NCBI GenBank assembly: GCA_964353635.1
Contig: CAYGVS010000002.1
Coordinates: 1-63,109, forward strand
Direction: 5' to 3'
Source of the DNA: an uncultured archaeon
GTDB taxonomy: Archaea > Aenigmatarchaeota > Aenigmatarchaeia > QMZP01
Length of the DNA: 63,109 nucleotides
Each line of letters starts with the position of its first letter. The stretch's first letter is position 1. The notes below the pieces were generated by a model. That model was not told where the DNA came from, did no database searches, and saw only the letters and a list, made by a program, of their open reading frames with translations. Positions 26,774 through 35,565 of this stretch are shown one piece after another. The position numbers and the translations under genes are program-made.

Positions 26774-27442
26774 CTAACGCTTGCTCATCACAACCAGCAT
26801 ATGATCCTTCTCAAAGGGGTCCAGCTCGAGCTTCTCGAGTATCTCGAAATGCTTCTTCAGCTTGCCAATCTCCTTGGCATAAATCTCCCTTGGAGGCTTT
26901 GTGACGTCAATAGAGCGCGATTTTATGGAAAGCATAGCGTAACCGCCATTCTTCAGGAACCTGCCGCAATTTCGTATGAGAATGTCTGACTGGTCATCTG
27001 TCGCCACGTCCTGGAAGACGACATCGACCTGCTCTATCCAAGAGTAGTCTTCTGGCCTTCTTGCGTTGGCGAGCACCGGGATTATGTTGCCTCGGGCCTC
27101 TGCAACATGGTTGAGATCGCGAATTGAGCGCTCTGATATCTCGATGCCGTAAATCACTCCCTCCTTCCCAACTATGTCGCTGAAATGGCTTGCCGTCGTC
27201 CCGCTTGCTATCCCCAGGTAAAGGATCTTATCACCAGGCTTCAGTGGGAAGTTCTTTAGCCCACGGGCTATTCCCGCAGCAGCCTTGCTCCTGAATGGGT
27301 TCCAAACTCGGTACTCGATTAGCCTGCGTTTAGGTGTCCTGGCTTTTATCAGCTCCTCCCCGTAAACCCGCAAGCCAGGCACAAGGTTCTCAGTAAGGAT
27401 TTTGCCACCCTTCATCCAGACGCCGGGAAATTTCTCTCTCAT
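26774..27442 (-). CDS. flpA: fibrillarin-like rRNA/tRNA 2'-O-methyltransferase
   Basis: KILYLGIASGTTASHFSDIVG...VIYGIEIS SAM-binding motif and typical ~220-aa size. Confidence 0.9.
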   Translation of the reverse strand: MREKFPGVWMKGGKILTENLVPGLRVYGEELIKARTPKRRLIEYRVWNPFRSKAAAGIARGLKNFPLKPGDKILYLGIASGTTASHFSDIVGKEGVIYGIEISERSIRDLNHVAEARGNIIPVLANARRPEDYSWIEQVDVVFQDVATDDQSDILIRNCGRFLKNGGYAMLSIKSRSIDVTKPPREIYAKEIGKLKKHFEILEKLELDPFEKDHMLVVMSKR

Positions 27443-27656
27443 GATGGATATATCGAGGGCTGATTTATAGGCTTATGAGGGTTATTTTTTCTGAAAAGCC
27501 TTCTTCCTCTTTTGACGTATTAATCGTCTAAAATCGATGCAATGCGAACTCTATATCCAACCACGGAAATCCTTTTTAATACACTATCCAATACACAAGC
27601 AATGAATTCACAGCCTTGCTCACGGACGAAGGAAAGCAGAGAGACAGGTGGACTTG

Positions 27657-28136
27657 ATGCAAATGGCGATATGTCAGATTTGCAAGTATCCGGTGTGGAG
27701 CTTCATTTGTCCAGACTGCATTGCGAAGGAGATTGGCAGATGGCTTCCGAGAGGCCTTTCTAGTGAGTTTCGTGGATTCAGCCGCTCTTTGCTCAGGCAT
27801 TTCGAATCCTTTGAGAGCAGCCTCACTAAAGTAAGATGCCTGAAATGCCGCAGCCTGAAAGAAGCTGATTTGTGTTCTTTCTGCTACATTGCTGAGATAT
27901 TTTCATGGCTGCAGGCAAAGAACAGGGAGCTTGCAAAGACCGTATTCATGGCCCTGCCGGTTGACGTTGGGTCAGGCATTTCAACCAAAGCAAATGGCAC
28001 GAGAGCCATAACAGCCATTTCTTTTGAGGAATCATTGACAGATGAAGGCATCTGCGAGGAATGCGAGGAATTCTCTGAGCGAACATCCATGATAAACGGA
28101 AGATGGGTATGCGAGGCGTGCAAGGATTATGAATAG
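27657..28136 (+). CDS. hypothetical multi-CxxC zinc-finger protein
   Basis: CQIC...CPDC, CLKC...CSFC and CEEC...CEAC pairs. No family recognised. Start at the ATG after GGTG. Confidence 0.5.
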   Translation: MQMAICQICKYPVWSFICPDCIAKEIGRWLPRGLSSEFRGFSRSLLRHFESFESSLTKVRCLKCRSLKEADLCSFCYIAEIFSWLQAKNRELAKTVFMALPVDVGSGISTKANGTRAITAISFEESLTDEGICEECEEFSERTSMINGRWVCEACKDYE

Positions 28137-28174
28137 AGGCATTCTCCGGACTGGAGGTTTTGAAAGATGACAGG

Positions 28175-28546
28175 CTAAACTTCCTCGTCTCCCAGCCTGG
28201 CTGTTATCTGCTTCATCTTACCCTTGTATATCCTCAGCCTTCTCATCGATTCTATAAGCTCCACGAAGCCAACGACAACGACACCTGCCCCGATTATGAA
28301 GGAAACGCTTGGATTAACGCTGAAGCTTTGAGACAGTATCGGCCCTATGGCGACCACAGTGAAACCCACTGTGATGGAGGTGAGCCCGGTCCTCATGAAT
28401 GAAAGTATGGTGCGCTCCTTTGCGAGGAGGGTCTGCTCTTTCAGAAAAAGCGTCCTTTCCTCCTCACTGCTTAACTTGTGCCTATAAACTTTTGCGTGTC
28501 TGGATTTATTCCTTTGCCGCTTCTTCCTTTTTCCTTTGGTAGGCAT
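28175..28546 (-). CDS. DUF202 (YidH-like) membrane protein
   Basis: LAKERTILSFMRTGLTSITVGF motif typical of DUF202, with 3 TM segments and a Lys/Arg-rich N-terminus. Confidence 0.6.
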   Translation of the reverse strand: MPTKGKRKKRQRNKSRHAKVYRHKLSSEEERTLFLKEQTLLAKERTILSFMRTGLTSITVGFTVVAIGPILSQSFSVNPSVSFIIGAGVVVVGFVELIESMRRLRIYKGKMKQITARLGDEEV

Positions 28547-28616
28547 TGCTCCTCACTGAGAATATATTGTTAACAGCTGCTTTTATTGTTGCCAAACTGG
28601 CAGAGTGATTTAAATC

Positions 28617-30371
28617 ATGAACAGGAAAAAGATAGATATGCACTATTTGCGCCTTGCCAAGGCTTATGAGGAGCTGGAGAAGACATCCGCCAAGCTGAAG
28701 AAGAGCTCCATAATAGCCACGCTCCTCAAGGACACCGAACCGGCTGAGATGGAAAAGATTGTGCTGCTTCTCCAGGGGAGGGTGTTCCCTGCGTGGAGCG
28801 AGAAGGAGCTGGGAATTGCCAACCAGCTTATGATCAAGGCCATTTCCAATACAACAGGCTTTGCCATAGGAAAGGTTGAGGAGATGTTCAAAAGGACAGG
28901 AGACCTTGGCCTTGTAGTGGAAGAGCTGATGAGCAAGAAGAAGCAGTCCACTTTGTTCCGGAAGCGCCTCACTCTGGAAAAGGTCTTCGAGAACCTGCAG
29001 AAGATAGCGGATGTCGAGGGCAAGGGGTCCCAGGACAGGAAATTCCAGCTGGTATCTGAGATAATAGGCTGCGCAGAGGCCATGGAAGCCAAGTACATTA
29101 TTAGGACGGTTCTTGGGGAGCTTAGGATAGGCGTGGCTGAAGGGATAGTAAGGGATGCGATAGCAGAGGCTTTCTTCCATGATGAGCAAAGGAAGGAGGC
29201 CACGAACGCGATCGAATGGGCCTGGTTCCTCACGGGGGATTATGGCGAAGTGGCAAGGATGGCGAAAGAGAAAGGCATGAGCGGACTGAAGAGCGTGAAG
29301 CTGGAGATAGGTAAGCCCATACAGGTCCTGCTTGCGGAGAAATCACCTTCCCTTAAGGAAGCCCTGGAGAGCTTTGAGGAATGCGCGATTGAGATAAAAT
29401 ACGACGGCGCCAGGGTCCAGATTCACAGGAAGGGAGAGAAGATATGGCTTTACACAAGGCGGCTCGAGAACATAACAAGGCAGTTCCCGGACCTTGTTGA
29501 CATGGTCAGGAAGCACGTCAGGGGAGACGATTTCATCATAGAGGGCGAGATACTTGCCATCGATCCGAAGTCACAAAAGCCAATGCCTTTCCAGATGCTC
29601 TCCCAGAGGATTCACAGGAAGTATGACATTGAGGAAATTGCCAGGCAAATCCCAATACAGGTAAATCTGTTCGATGCGGTCTGCCATAATGGCAAGACGC
29701 TTTTCAATGCACCCTTCAGACAGCGAAGGAAGGTCCTGGAGTCGGCCATAGCTGCTCTTCCAGGGAAATTCCAGCTGGCTGAAGAGCTTGTGACAAAGGA
29801 CCTTGAGAAGGCAGAAAGGTTCTACAGGAAAGCCCTGGAGGAGAACCAGGAAGGCGTGATGGTGAAGAACCTCCAGGCATTGTATCAGCCTGGGAGGAGA
29901 GTGGCAGGAGGATGGCTGAAGGTGAAGCCAACGATGGAGAACCTTGACCTGGCAATCGTAGGCGCAGGCTGGGGAACAGGCAAGCGAGCAGGCTGGATGG
30001 GAACCTTCGTCCTTGGAGTAAGAGATGAGAAGACAGGGAGCTTCCTGGAGTGTGGTATGATGGGCACAGGATTACGGGAAAAGGAGCAGGAGGCTCAGGA
30101 AAAAGAAGTGAATGTGAAGGAAGGCGTGACCTTTCAAAATCTTACTAAGATGCTAAAGCCCTACATAGAGAGCGACAAAGGAGGCTCCATCAAGATAAAG
30201 CCGAAAGTGGTAGTTGAAGTGGCATATGAGGAGATTCAGAAGAGCCCCAATTACGAATCAGGATACGCACTAAGGTTTCCTCGCATAATCAGAATCCGCT
30301 TTGACAAAGGCCCTGAGCAGGCTGACACCCTGGATAGGTTGAAGAGGCTTTATGGGCAGCAGGGAAAATAA
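28617..30371 (+). CDS. lig: ATP-dependent DNA ligase
   Basis: Adenylation motif I EIKYDGARVQIH, downstream EGEILA and LKVKP motifs, ~580 aa. Confidence 0.95.
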   Translation: MNRKKIDMHYLRLAKAYEELEKTSAKLKKSSIIATLLKDTEPAEMEKIVLLLQGRVFPAWSEKELGIANQLMIKAISNTTGFAIGKVEEMFKRTGDLGLVVEELMSKKKQSTLFRKRLTLEKVFENLQKIADVEGKGSQDRKFQLVSEIIGCAEAMEAKYIIRTVLGELRIGVAEGIVRDAIAEAFFHDEQRKEATNAIEWAWFLTGDYGEVARMAKEKGMSGLKSVKLEIGKPIQVLLAEKSPSLKEALESFEECAIEIKYDGARVQIHRKGEKIWLYTRRLENITRQFPDLVDMVRKHVRGDDFIIEGEILAIDPKSQKPMPFQMLSQRIHRKYDIEEIARQIPIQVNLFDAVCHNGKTLFNAPFRQRRKVLESAIAALPGKFQLAEELVTKDLEKAERFYRKALEENQEGVMVKNLQALYQPGRRVAGGWLKVKPTMENLDLAIVGAGWGTGKRAGWMGTFVLGVRDEKTGSFLECGMMGTGLREKEQEAQEKEVNVKEGVTFQNLTKMLKPYIESDKGGSIKIKPKVVVEVAYEEIQKSPNYESGYALRFPRIIRIRFDKGPEQADTLDRLKRLYGQQGK

Positions 30372-30563
30372 TTTTTTCACCACTTTAGGATAACAACACA
30401 TTTAAATATCTTTCTGTGAGTATATAGACTACTTATAAAGCTATAATCCAATTCCCGAGTGCAAGATGTCATCAAAGAGTGGAAAACACCAGGAATTGCA
30501 ATTTGTCACTGTACGATAGCTTTTTAAATAAAAGAGGAATTATAAAAATACGAAAGTGGTTTC

Positions 30564-31373
30564 ATGGTAGGAACAACGGAAGTGCTGGATTCGCTCAGGA
30601 GCATAGGCCTGAACTTATACGAAAGGAAGATTTTTGTCGCGCTCTTAGCCAAAGGAGTTGCCACAGCAGCCGAGGTCTCTGAGATCGCCAGCGTTCCAAG
30701 ATCGCGTTCTTATGATGTTCTTGAGTCCCTTGTCGATAAAGGGTTTGTCGTCTTCCAGCCATCCAAGCCGATAAAGTATATGGCTCTTGCTCCAAAGGAT
30801 GCTCTGGAGAGGATGCAGGAGAATGTGAAGAGGAAGCACGAGGAGATACTGGAGAGGATAGAGAAGCTTAAGAGCTCAAGCGCAGTGAAGGAGATGGAAA
30901 AGATCTATAAGGACGGCCTGAACCTTGTGGAGCCCGCAGACATGGTCGGGACCCTCAAAGGGAGATTCATTATAGACAGGCAGCTTCAGTCCATCTTCAA
31001 GACCGCAAAGAAGAGCATCAACATTGTCACTACCGAGCAGGGCTTTGATGTGCTTTACAACAGGCATTACAGGATACTTAAGAAGATAGGCAAGAGCGGG
31101 ATTAAGCTCAGGATAGCTGCCCCCCTAAGCAACATTGAGGCCGCCAAGGCCTTCTCAGAGATAGCCGAGCTGAAGAACATCAAGCAGCCCTCTGGAAGGA
31201 TATTCAACGTCGATGATGAGCATGTCCTCATGGCCCTGACAGATGACAAGAAAGTCCATGAGACCCAGGACACTGTCTTCTGGGCGAACTCCCCACATGT
31301 TGTTTCCAGTGTGGTGCAGCCCCTTTTCAAGCAGATATGGGACAGCGGGTCTGCGTTCAAGAAGGCGAATTGA
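30564..31373 (+). CDS. TrmB-family transcriptional regulator
   Basis: N-terminal wHTH LGLNLYERKIFVALLAKGVATAAEVSEIASVPRSRSYDVLESLVDKGFV. Confidence 0.8.
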   Translation: MVGTTEVLDSLRSIGLNLYERKIFVALLAKGVATAAEVSEIASVPRSRSYDVLESLVDKGFVVFQPSKPIKYMALAPKDALERMQENVKRKHEEILERIEKLKSSSAVKEMEKIYKDGLNLVEPADMVGTLKGRFIIDRQLQSIFKTAKKSINIVTTEQGFDVLYNRHYRILKKIGKSGIKLRIAAPLSNIEAAKAFSEIAELKNIKQPSGRIFNVDDEHVLMALTDDKKVHETQDTVFWANSPHVVSSVVQPLFKQIWDSGSAFKKAN

Positions 31374-31387
31374 GAGAGGAGTTGAGA

Positions 31388-31810
31388 ATGACAATATCCA
31401 GAAGAGAACTACAAACAGATATTGCTTCTTATACGGCTCCAAACGCCGTTGATGAAAAACTGATTTCTATAGGAGCAGACCCAAAAATAGCTAGGACCTA
31501 CTTTGAAGTATCTGATAAACCCGGTCCAGGGTTCTACGCTATAACAAAAAGGGTAACTGAAAAAATCGGAAAAGTAACCCCTGAACGACTTTTAGAAATC
31601 ATCAGAAACGGAGATCAGACAATCGAAAAGAAAGAGACGGATAAGGGTGTGGTAATCTTCGATTTGCTTGACAACTCTCCTTTCTATGGAGCAACGCTGG
31701 AAAAAGATATGGACAATCTTCTTTATGGCACAGGAAGAGATGACCCCTTCAAGTCTTCTCACATGACCGAACATCTTATAGAAAATGACGCAGAGAGATA
31801 TCCCCGCTAG
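31388..31810 (+). CDS. hypothetical protein
   Basis: 140-aa ORF after a GGAG SD. The track's start at 31337 overlaps the trmB-like gene. No family recognised. Confidence 0.45.
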   Translation: MTISRRELQTDIASYTAPNAVDEKLISIGADPKIARTYFEVSDKPGPGFYAITKRVTEKIGKVTPERLLEIIRNGDQTIEKKETDKGVVIFDLLDNSPFYGATLEKDMDNLLYGTGRDDPFKSSHMTEHLIENDAERYPR

Positions 31811-32691
31811 TACAGAAACCTGAGCCCTGATTTCTCCCTCGCCTCGAGCTCTTCCCATCGCTTGTCTGTTAGCTGCTGTATCTCCTTGATGCTCTCGGGT
31901 GTGAGGTGCTTGAACCTGCCCTGCCCGGAAAGATAATCAGAGACAGGCTTCCTCTGGGGCCTCCTGCTGATTTTGAGCATGCCGTCCTCTATCTCATAAA
32001 GCGCCCACATCCCCGTATCCACAGCAAGCCTTGCCATCTTGACCGAGTCCGACTCAGGGAATTTCCAGCCAGGCGGGCACGGGCAGTGTATGTGCACAAA
32101 GGAAGGCTGCTTTTCAAAGGCCTTCTTCACCTTCTGGGCAAGATCGGCTGGATAGGCTATGGATGCTGTGGCAGCGTAGGGTATCCTGTGGGCGGCAAGG
32201 ATCTCAAGGAGAGGCTTCTTGTTCTGGAGCTTTCCCTGGGACTTCTTACCTATGGGCGATGTGGTTGTCCATGCAAAATGAGGGGTCGCCCCCGACCGTT
32301 GGACGCCCGTGTTTGCATAAGCCTCATTGTCAACGCACACATGAGTGACCTTCTGGCCGCGCTCCATCGTACCTGAGATGGCCTGCAGCCCTATGTCAAA
32401 GGTACCACCATCCCCTGCAATGGACAGCACCTTCCAAGGCTTGTTAAGCTTCCTTATTGCAGCCTCAATCCCGCTTGCCACAGAAGAGGACGTCTCGAAG
32501 GCAGCGTGTATCCAGGGAACGTTCCAGGATGTCTGGGGATAGGCAGAGGTCGTGACCTCAAGGCATGAGGTGGCATTGGACACAATCAGCTCTTTGGGGC
32601 AGCCCTTTGAAAGCTGCCTTATCGCAATGGCCACGCCGCAGCCTGCACAAGTGGTATGCCCGGGAGCTATCAAATCAGCCATCCATTCCAC
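31807..32691 (-). CDS. porB: 2-oxoacid (pyruvate):ferredoxin oxidoreductase beta subunit
   Basis: GHTTCAGCG N-terminal motif and TPP-binding GDGGTFDIG...CVDNEAYANTG. Confidence 0.85.
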   Translation of the reverse strand: MEWMADLIAPGHTTCAGCGVAIAIRQLSKGCPKELIVSNATSCLEVTTSAYPQTSWNVPWIHAAFETSSSVASGIEAAIRKLNKPWKVLSIAGDGGTFDIGLQAISGTMERGQKVTHVCVDNEAYANTGVQRSGATPHFAWTTTSPIGKKSQGKLQNKKPLLEILAAHRIPYAATASIAYPADLAQKVKKAFEKQPSFVHIHCPCPPGWKFPESDSVKMARLAVDTGMWALYEIEDGMLKISRRPQRKPVSDYLSGQGRFKHLTPESIKEIQQLTDKRWEELEAREKSGLRFLY

Positions 32692-32859
32692 CTCAAAGCG
32701 TCAGTTCCTATTAAACAATGGTTTGGGCTTTCATTATATTTAAGCGAAGGCCAAATATATCCCTGATTGACGTAAAGCCCGGCGATAATCAGGCCTGGCA
32801 TCGAGCAAATCAAACTAAAGAAAATATATTCAAGAGCCGCCTGAAAGGCCTATTAGGAA

Positions 32860-33144
32860 TCACTTCTTTTTCCTTGCAGGCTTCTCTTCTTTCTTGGCCT
32901 TTTCCTCTTCCTTCTTGAGTTCCTTTTCAGCCTTCATCTCATCCACTTCAAGCCAGACAACGAACAGCCCGAGCAGGATGAAGAATGCTGGAAGCACTCC
33001 TGTGACGACAATCACGAGGTTATCGAACCAGTTGATTCCAAAGATGCCGGCAACCCCCAGGATGGGATAGACTGAATCCAGCAGAACTGCAAGGCCGATA
33101 ACTATCAGAAGAAGCCCGACCAAAAGCTTTATTGCTGCATTCAT
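32860..33144 (-). CDS. small membrane protein with Lys/Glu-rich tail
   Basis: 94 aa, 3 TM segments, C-terminal KAEKELKKEEEKAKKEEKPARKKK. AGTGAT SD upstream. Confidence 0.5.
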   Translation of the reverse strand: MNAAIKLLVGLLLIVIGLAVLLDSVYPILGVAGIFGINWFDNLVIVVTGVLPAFFILLGLFVVWLEVDEMKAEKELKKEEEKAKKEEKPARKKK

Positions 33145-33393
33145 ATTTTCATCACTTATATCTTATGACGTTCCATTTATATATCTATTATAATATTTAT
33201 TGCATATCTGGAGTGAAGGCGAATCCGCTTTAAGCAGATTCGATTCGCCTTCTTTCTAGTAATCTAATCGCAGCAAAGGTTAAATAACTTGATTGTAAAC
33301 AAAAGGTGAATTGAAGGCGTCAGAAAGAAAGAAGTTGACTCTTGTCAACTTCCAGTGATTGTCGCCTTCATTCAAAGGTTCGAAGTGAATTTC

Positions 33394-33930
33394 ATGGAGA
33401 GCGCCTACAGGCATATGGAGAAGCACTGGAAGAATCCCAAGGGCATGGAGAGCTGGAAGAATATGCTCATCCATTTCAGGAAGGAACCCAGCACACACAG
33501 GGCAGAGAGGCCTACGAGGCCTGGAAGGGCAAGGGAGCTTGGGTACAAGGCCAAGCAGGGATTCATAATCGTTAGGGTGAAGGTCCCAAGAGGAAGGATA
33601 AAGATGCCCAAGCCTGCAGGAGGCAGGAGGCCAAAAGCCGCAGGAAGGTTCTATCCCCTCAGCAAGTCCTGGCAGTCCGTGGGGGAGGAAAGGGCGCAGA
33701 GGAAGTACCCGAACATGAGGGTGCTCAACTCTTACTGGGTTGGAGAGGATGGGAAGAACAAATGGTATGAGTGCATATTGGTGGACCCTAGCCACCCTTC
33801 TGTCATGAACGACAAGAACGTCAAGTGGATTGTCTCCTCGAAGCAGAAGGGCCGGCCGAATAGGGGGCTCACTTCAGCTGGAAAGAAAGGCCGCGGCCTG
33901 AGGCACAGAGGCAAAAGGCTGAAGGCCTGA
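33394..33930 (+). CDS. rpl15e: 50S ribosomal protein L15e
   Basis: MESAYRHMEKHWKNPK... and a basic RRPKAAGR core, L15e-like. The ATG is preceded by GTGAATTTC. Confidence 0.9.
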   Translation: MESAYRHMEKHWKNPKGMESWKNMLIHFRKEPSTHRAERPTRPGRARELGYKAKQGFIIVRVKVPRGRIKMPKPAGGRRPKAAGRFYPLSKSWQSVGEERAQRKYPNMRVLNSYWVGEDGKNKWYECILVDPSHPSVMNDKNVKWIVSSKQKGRPNRGLTSAGKKGRGLRHRGKRLKA

Positions 33931-33972
33931 AAAAGCCGGCACGCTTAAATCGCTTTCGCCCAATTATTTCTC

Positions 33973-34326
33973 ATGGCCAAGGGATTCAAGCTTAACTACA
34001 TACGAGAAAGGGATATTGGCGGCCCGGTCTTGAAAACCCCGTTTGTTGCAGTATGGCTTCCAGGGCAGCGCCTGCTGGTCGAGTATGATGCTGACAATAT
34101 TCTGCTCAACTACACTCACCTTGCACATATCATAAAAGTGGTCTCGGGCGAGAAGGTCGCCATGAGGGAATATAATCGATTGCTGCAGGAACTTAAACCG
34201 AGACAAGAGAGCATTAAGGTCTCACCTGAATTCCTAAAGTGGGCAAGGGCTGTCTACACATCGAGGAAGCCGCCTGAGGAAGCAGTCGAGATTCTGGGCA
34301 TGAGCAGAAATCTAGACGATGAGTGA
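33973..34326 (+). CDS. hypothetical protein
   Basis: 117-aa ORF with good coding appearance. No family recognised. Confidence 0.45.
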   Translation: MAKGFKLNYIRERDIGGPVLKTPFVAVWLPGQRLLVEYDADNILLNYTHLAHIIKVVSGEKVAMREYNRLLQELKPRQESIKVSPEFLKWARAVYTSRKPPEEAVEILGMSRNLDDE

Positions 34327-34414
34327 TATCCCGTATTCTGGACGAAGCACATTGCCAGCCAGCGCTTAGGGTTCAGAAATTTAAGCTTGTCATAACAAAT
34401 ATCATAAGATACCC

Positions 34415-34921
34415 ATGGCTTTACAGAATATCTTCCCCCCGATGATCCTTGGACTGGACAAGATAGGAGTCTACTTGTACCTTTTCCCCTTCCTGCTCAC
34501 ACTTGCCATAACTTATGGAGTTCTTTCATACTCAATGGAGAAGCAGCTCCCGAAGTCAGCCAGGGCCGTGATATCCATCGTGATGGCCTTCTTCGTCATG
34601 CTGTTCTCTTACTTCAACCCTGGCATAGTGATATTCTTCGCGAACGCCTTCGGCTTCACCCTTATAGTGGGCTCAGGCCTGCTTGGCATCATGATACTGC
34701 TCGGCCTCATTGGCATCAGGTTCGAGGACCTGACAAAGAACGAGAAGGCCAAGTGGGTGTTCACAGCATCGATAATACTCATTGGCATAATAATTTTCAC
34801 TGCATCAGCGGGCGCTGCCATATTCGGCACGGATTTCCTGGCGGCAAGCGAAGTCTGGGCGATAGCCGCCATGCTTGCCATACTCGGCTTTTCAGTTTGG
34901 TTCGTCACTCAAAGCAAATAG
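34415..34921 (+). CDS. hypothetical 4-5 TM membrane protein, paralog 1
   Basis: N-terminal GVYLYLFPFLLTLAITYGVLSY matches the neighbouring gene's GMFQYLFPFLLALAVFYGILEF. Confidence 0.55.
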   Translation: MALQNIFPPMILGLDKIGVYLYLFPFLLTLAITYGVLSYSMEKQLPKSARAVISIVMAFFVMLFSYFNPGIVIFFANAFGFTLIVGSGLLGIMILLGLIGIRFEDLTKNEKAKWVFTASIILIGIIIFTASAGAAIFGTDFLAASEVWAIAAMLAILGFSVWFVTQSK

Positions 34922-34969
34922 GCACTGGATAAGAGCAAATTTATATACTTTCAAGGACAATAAAGTAGT

Positions 34970-35512
34970 ATGGCATTGTTCGACAACCTTATTATAAGCA
35001 TGCAGAACCTGGGCATGTTCCAGTACCTTTTCCCGTTCCTTCTTGCGCTTGCAGTATTCTATGGGATTTTGGAATTTGCATTGAAGGACAGGATGAAGAA
35101 AGGTCCAGTGGGCCTCATATCAATTGTCCTGGCATTCTTCGTGATGTTTTACGCGAACACAAATCCCATGATAGTCGGGTTCTTTGCCGCACTGGGCGGG
35201 ACCACACTCATAGTCGCTTGCGGCATACTGGTTATAATGATATTCCTCGGACTGGCTGGTTTCCAACTCAGCGAGGTTTTCAAGAAGGGCTACATGATGT
35301 GGTTCTTCGTATTCGTGATAATACTCATAGGCCTCATAGTGTTCTACGGAGCAGGCGGCGGGAACTTCTTCAATGTTCCAAGCTTCTTCGTGAGCTCTGA
35401 CTTCACAGCGGTCATACTAGTAATCATCATAATAGCCCTTGCCATGTGGTTCATGACGCATGAGGGTGAGAAGTCCGCACCAGCGCCTGCAGGCGGCGGC
35501 AAAACCGGTTAG
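34970..35512 (+). CDS. hypothetical 4-5 TM membrane protein, paralog 2
   Basis: Same topology and conserved N-terminal motif as 34415..34921. Confidence 0.55.
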   Translation: MALFDNLIISMQNLGMFQYLFPFLLALAVFYGILEFALKDRMKKGPVGLISIVLAFFVMFYANTNPMIVGFFAALGGTTLIVACGILVIMIFLGLAGFQLSEVFKKGYMMWFFVFVIILIGLIVFYGAGGGNFFNVPSFFVSSDFTAVILVIIIIALAMWFMTHEGEKSAPAPAGGGKTG

Positions 35513-35565
35513 GTTAATTTTCAATCAAATTCTAGAAAGGAACGCTAATCTCTATTCCTGAAGCC

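Noticed and set aside
27443-27656. Box C/D sRNA search near the fibrillarin gene (also 26658-26773)
   Set aside because: Isolated CUGA strings are present, but there is no RUGAUGA C box at the proper distance and no terminal stem.
33222-33234. 13-nt exact repeat AATCCGCTTTAAG shared with 37145-37157, both next to GAAGGCG hairpins
   Set aside because: My estimate is that tens of exact 13-mer matches are expected by chance among all position pairs in a 63-kb window, so the match alone is not significant. I kept only the hairpin-family observation.
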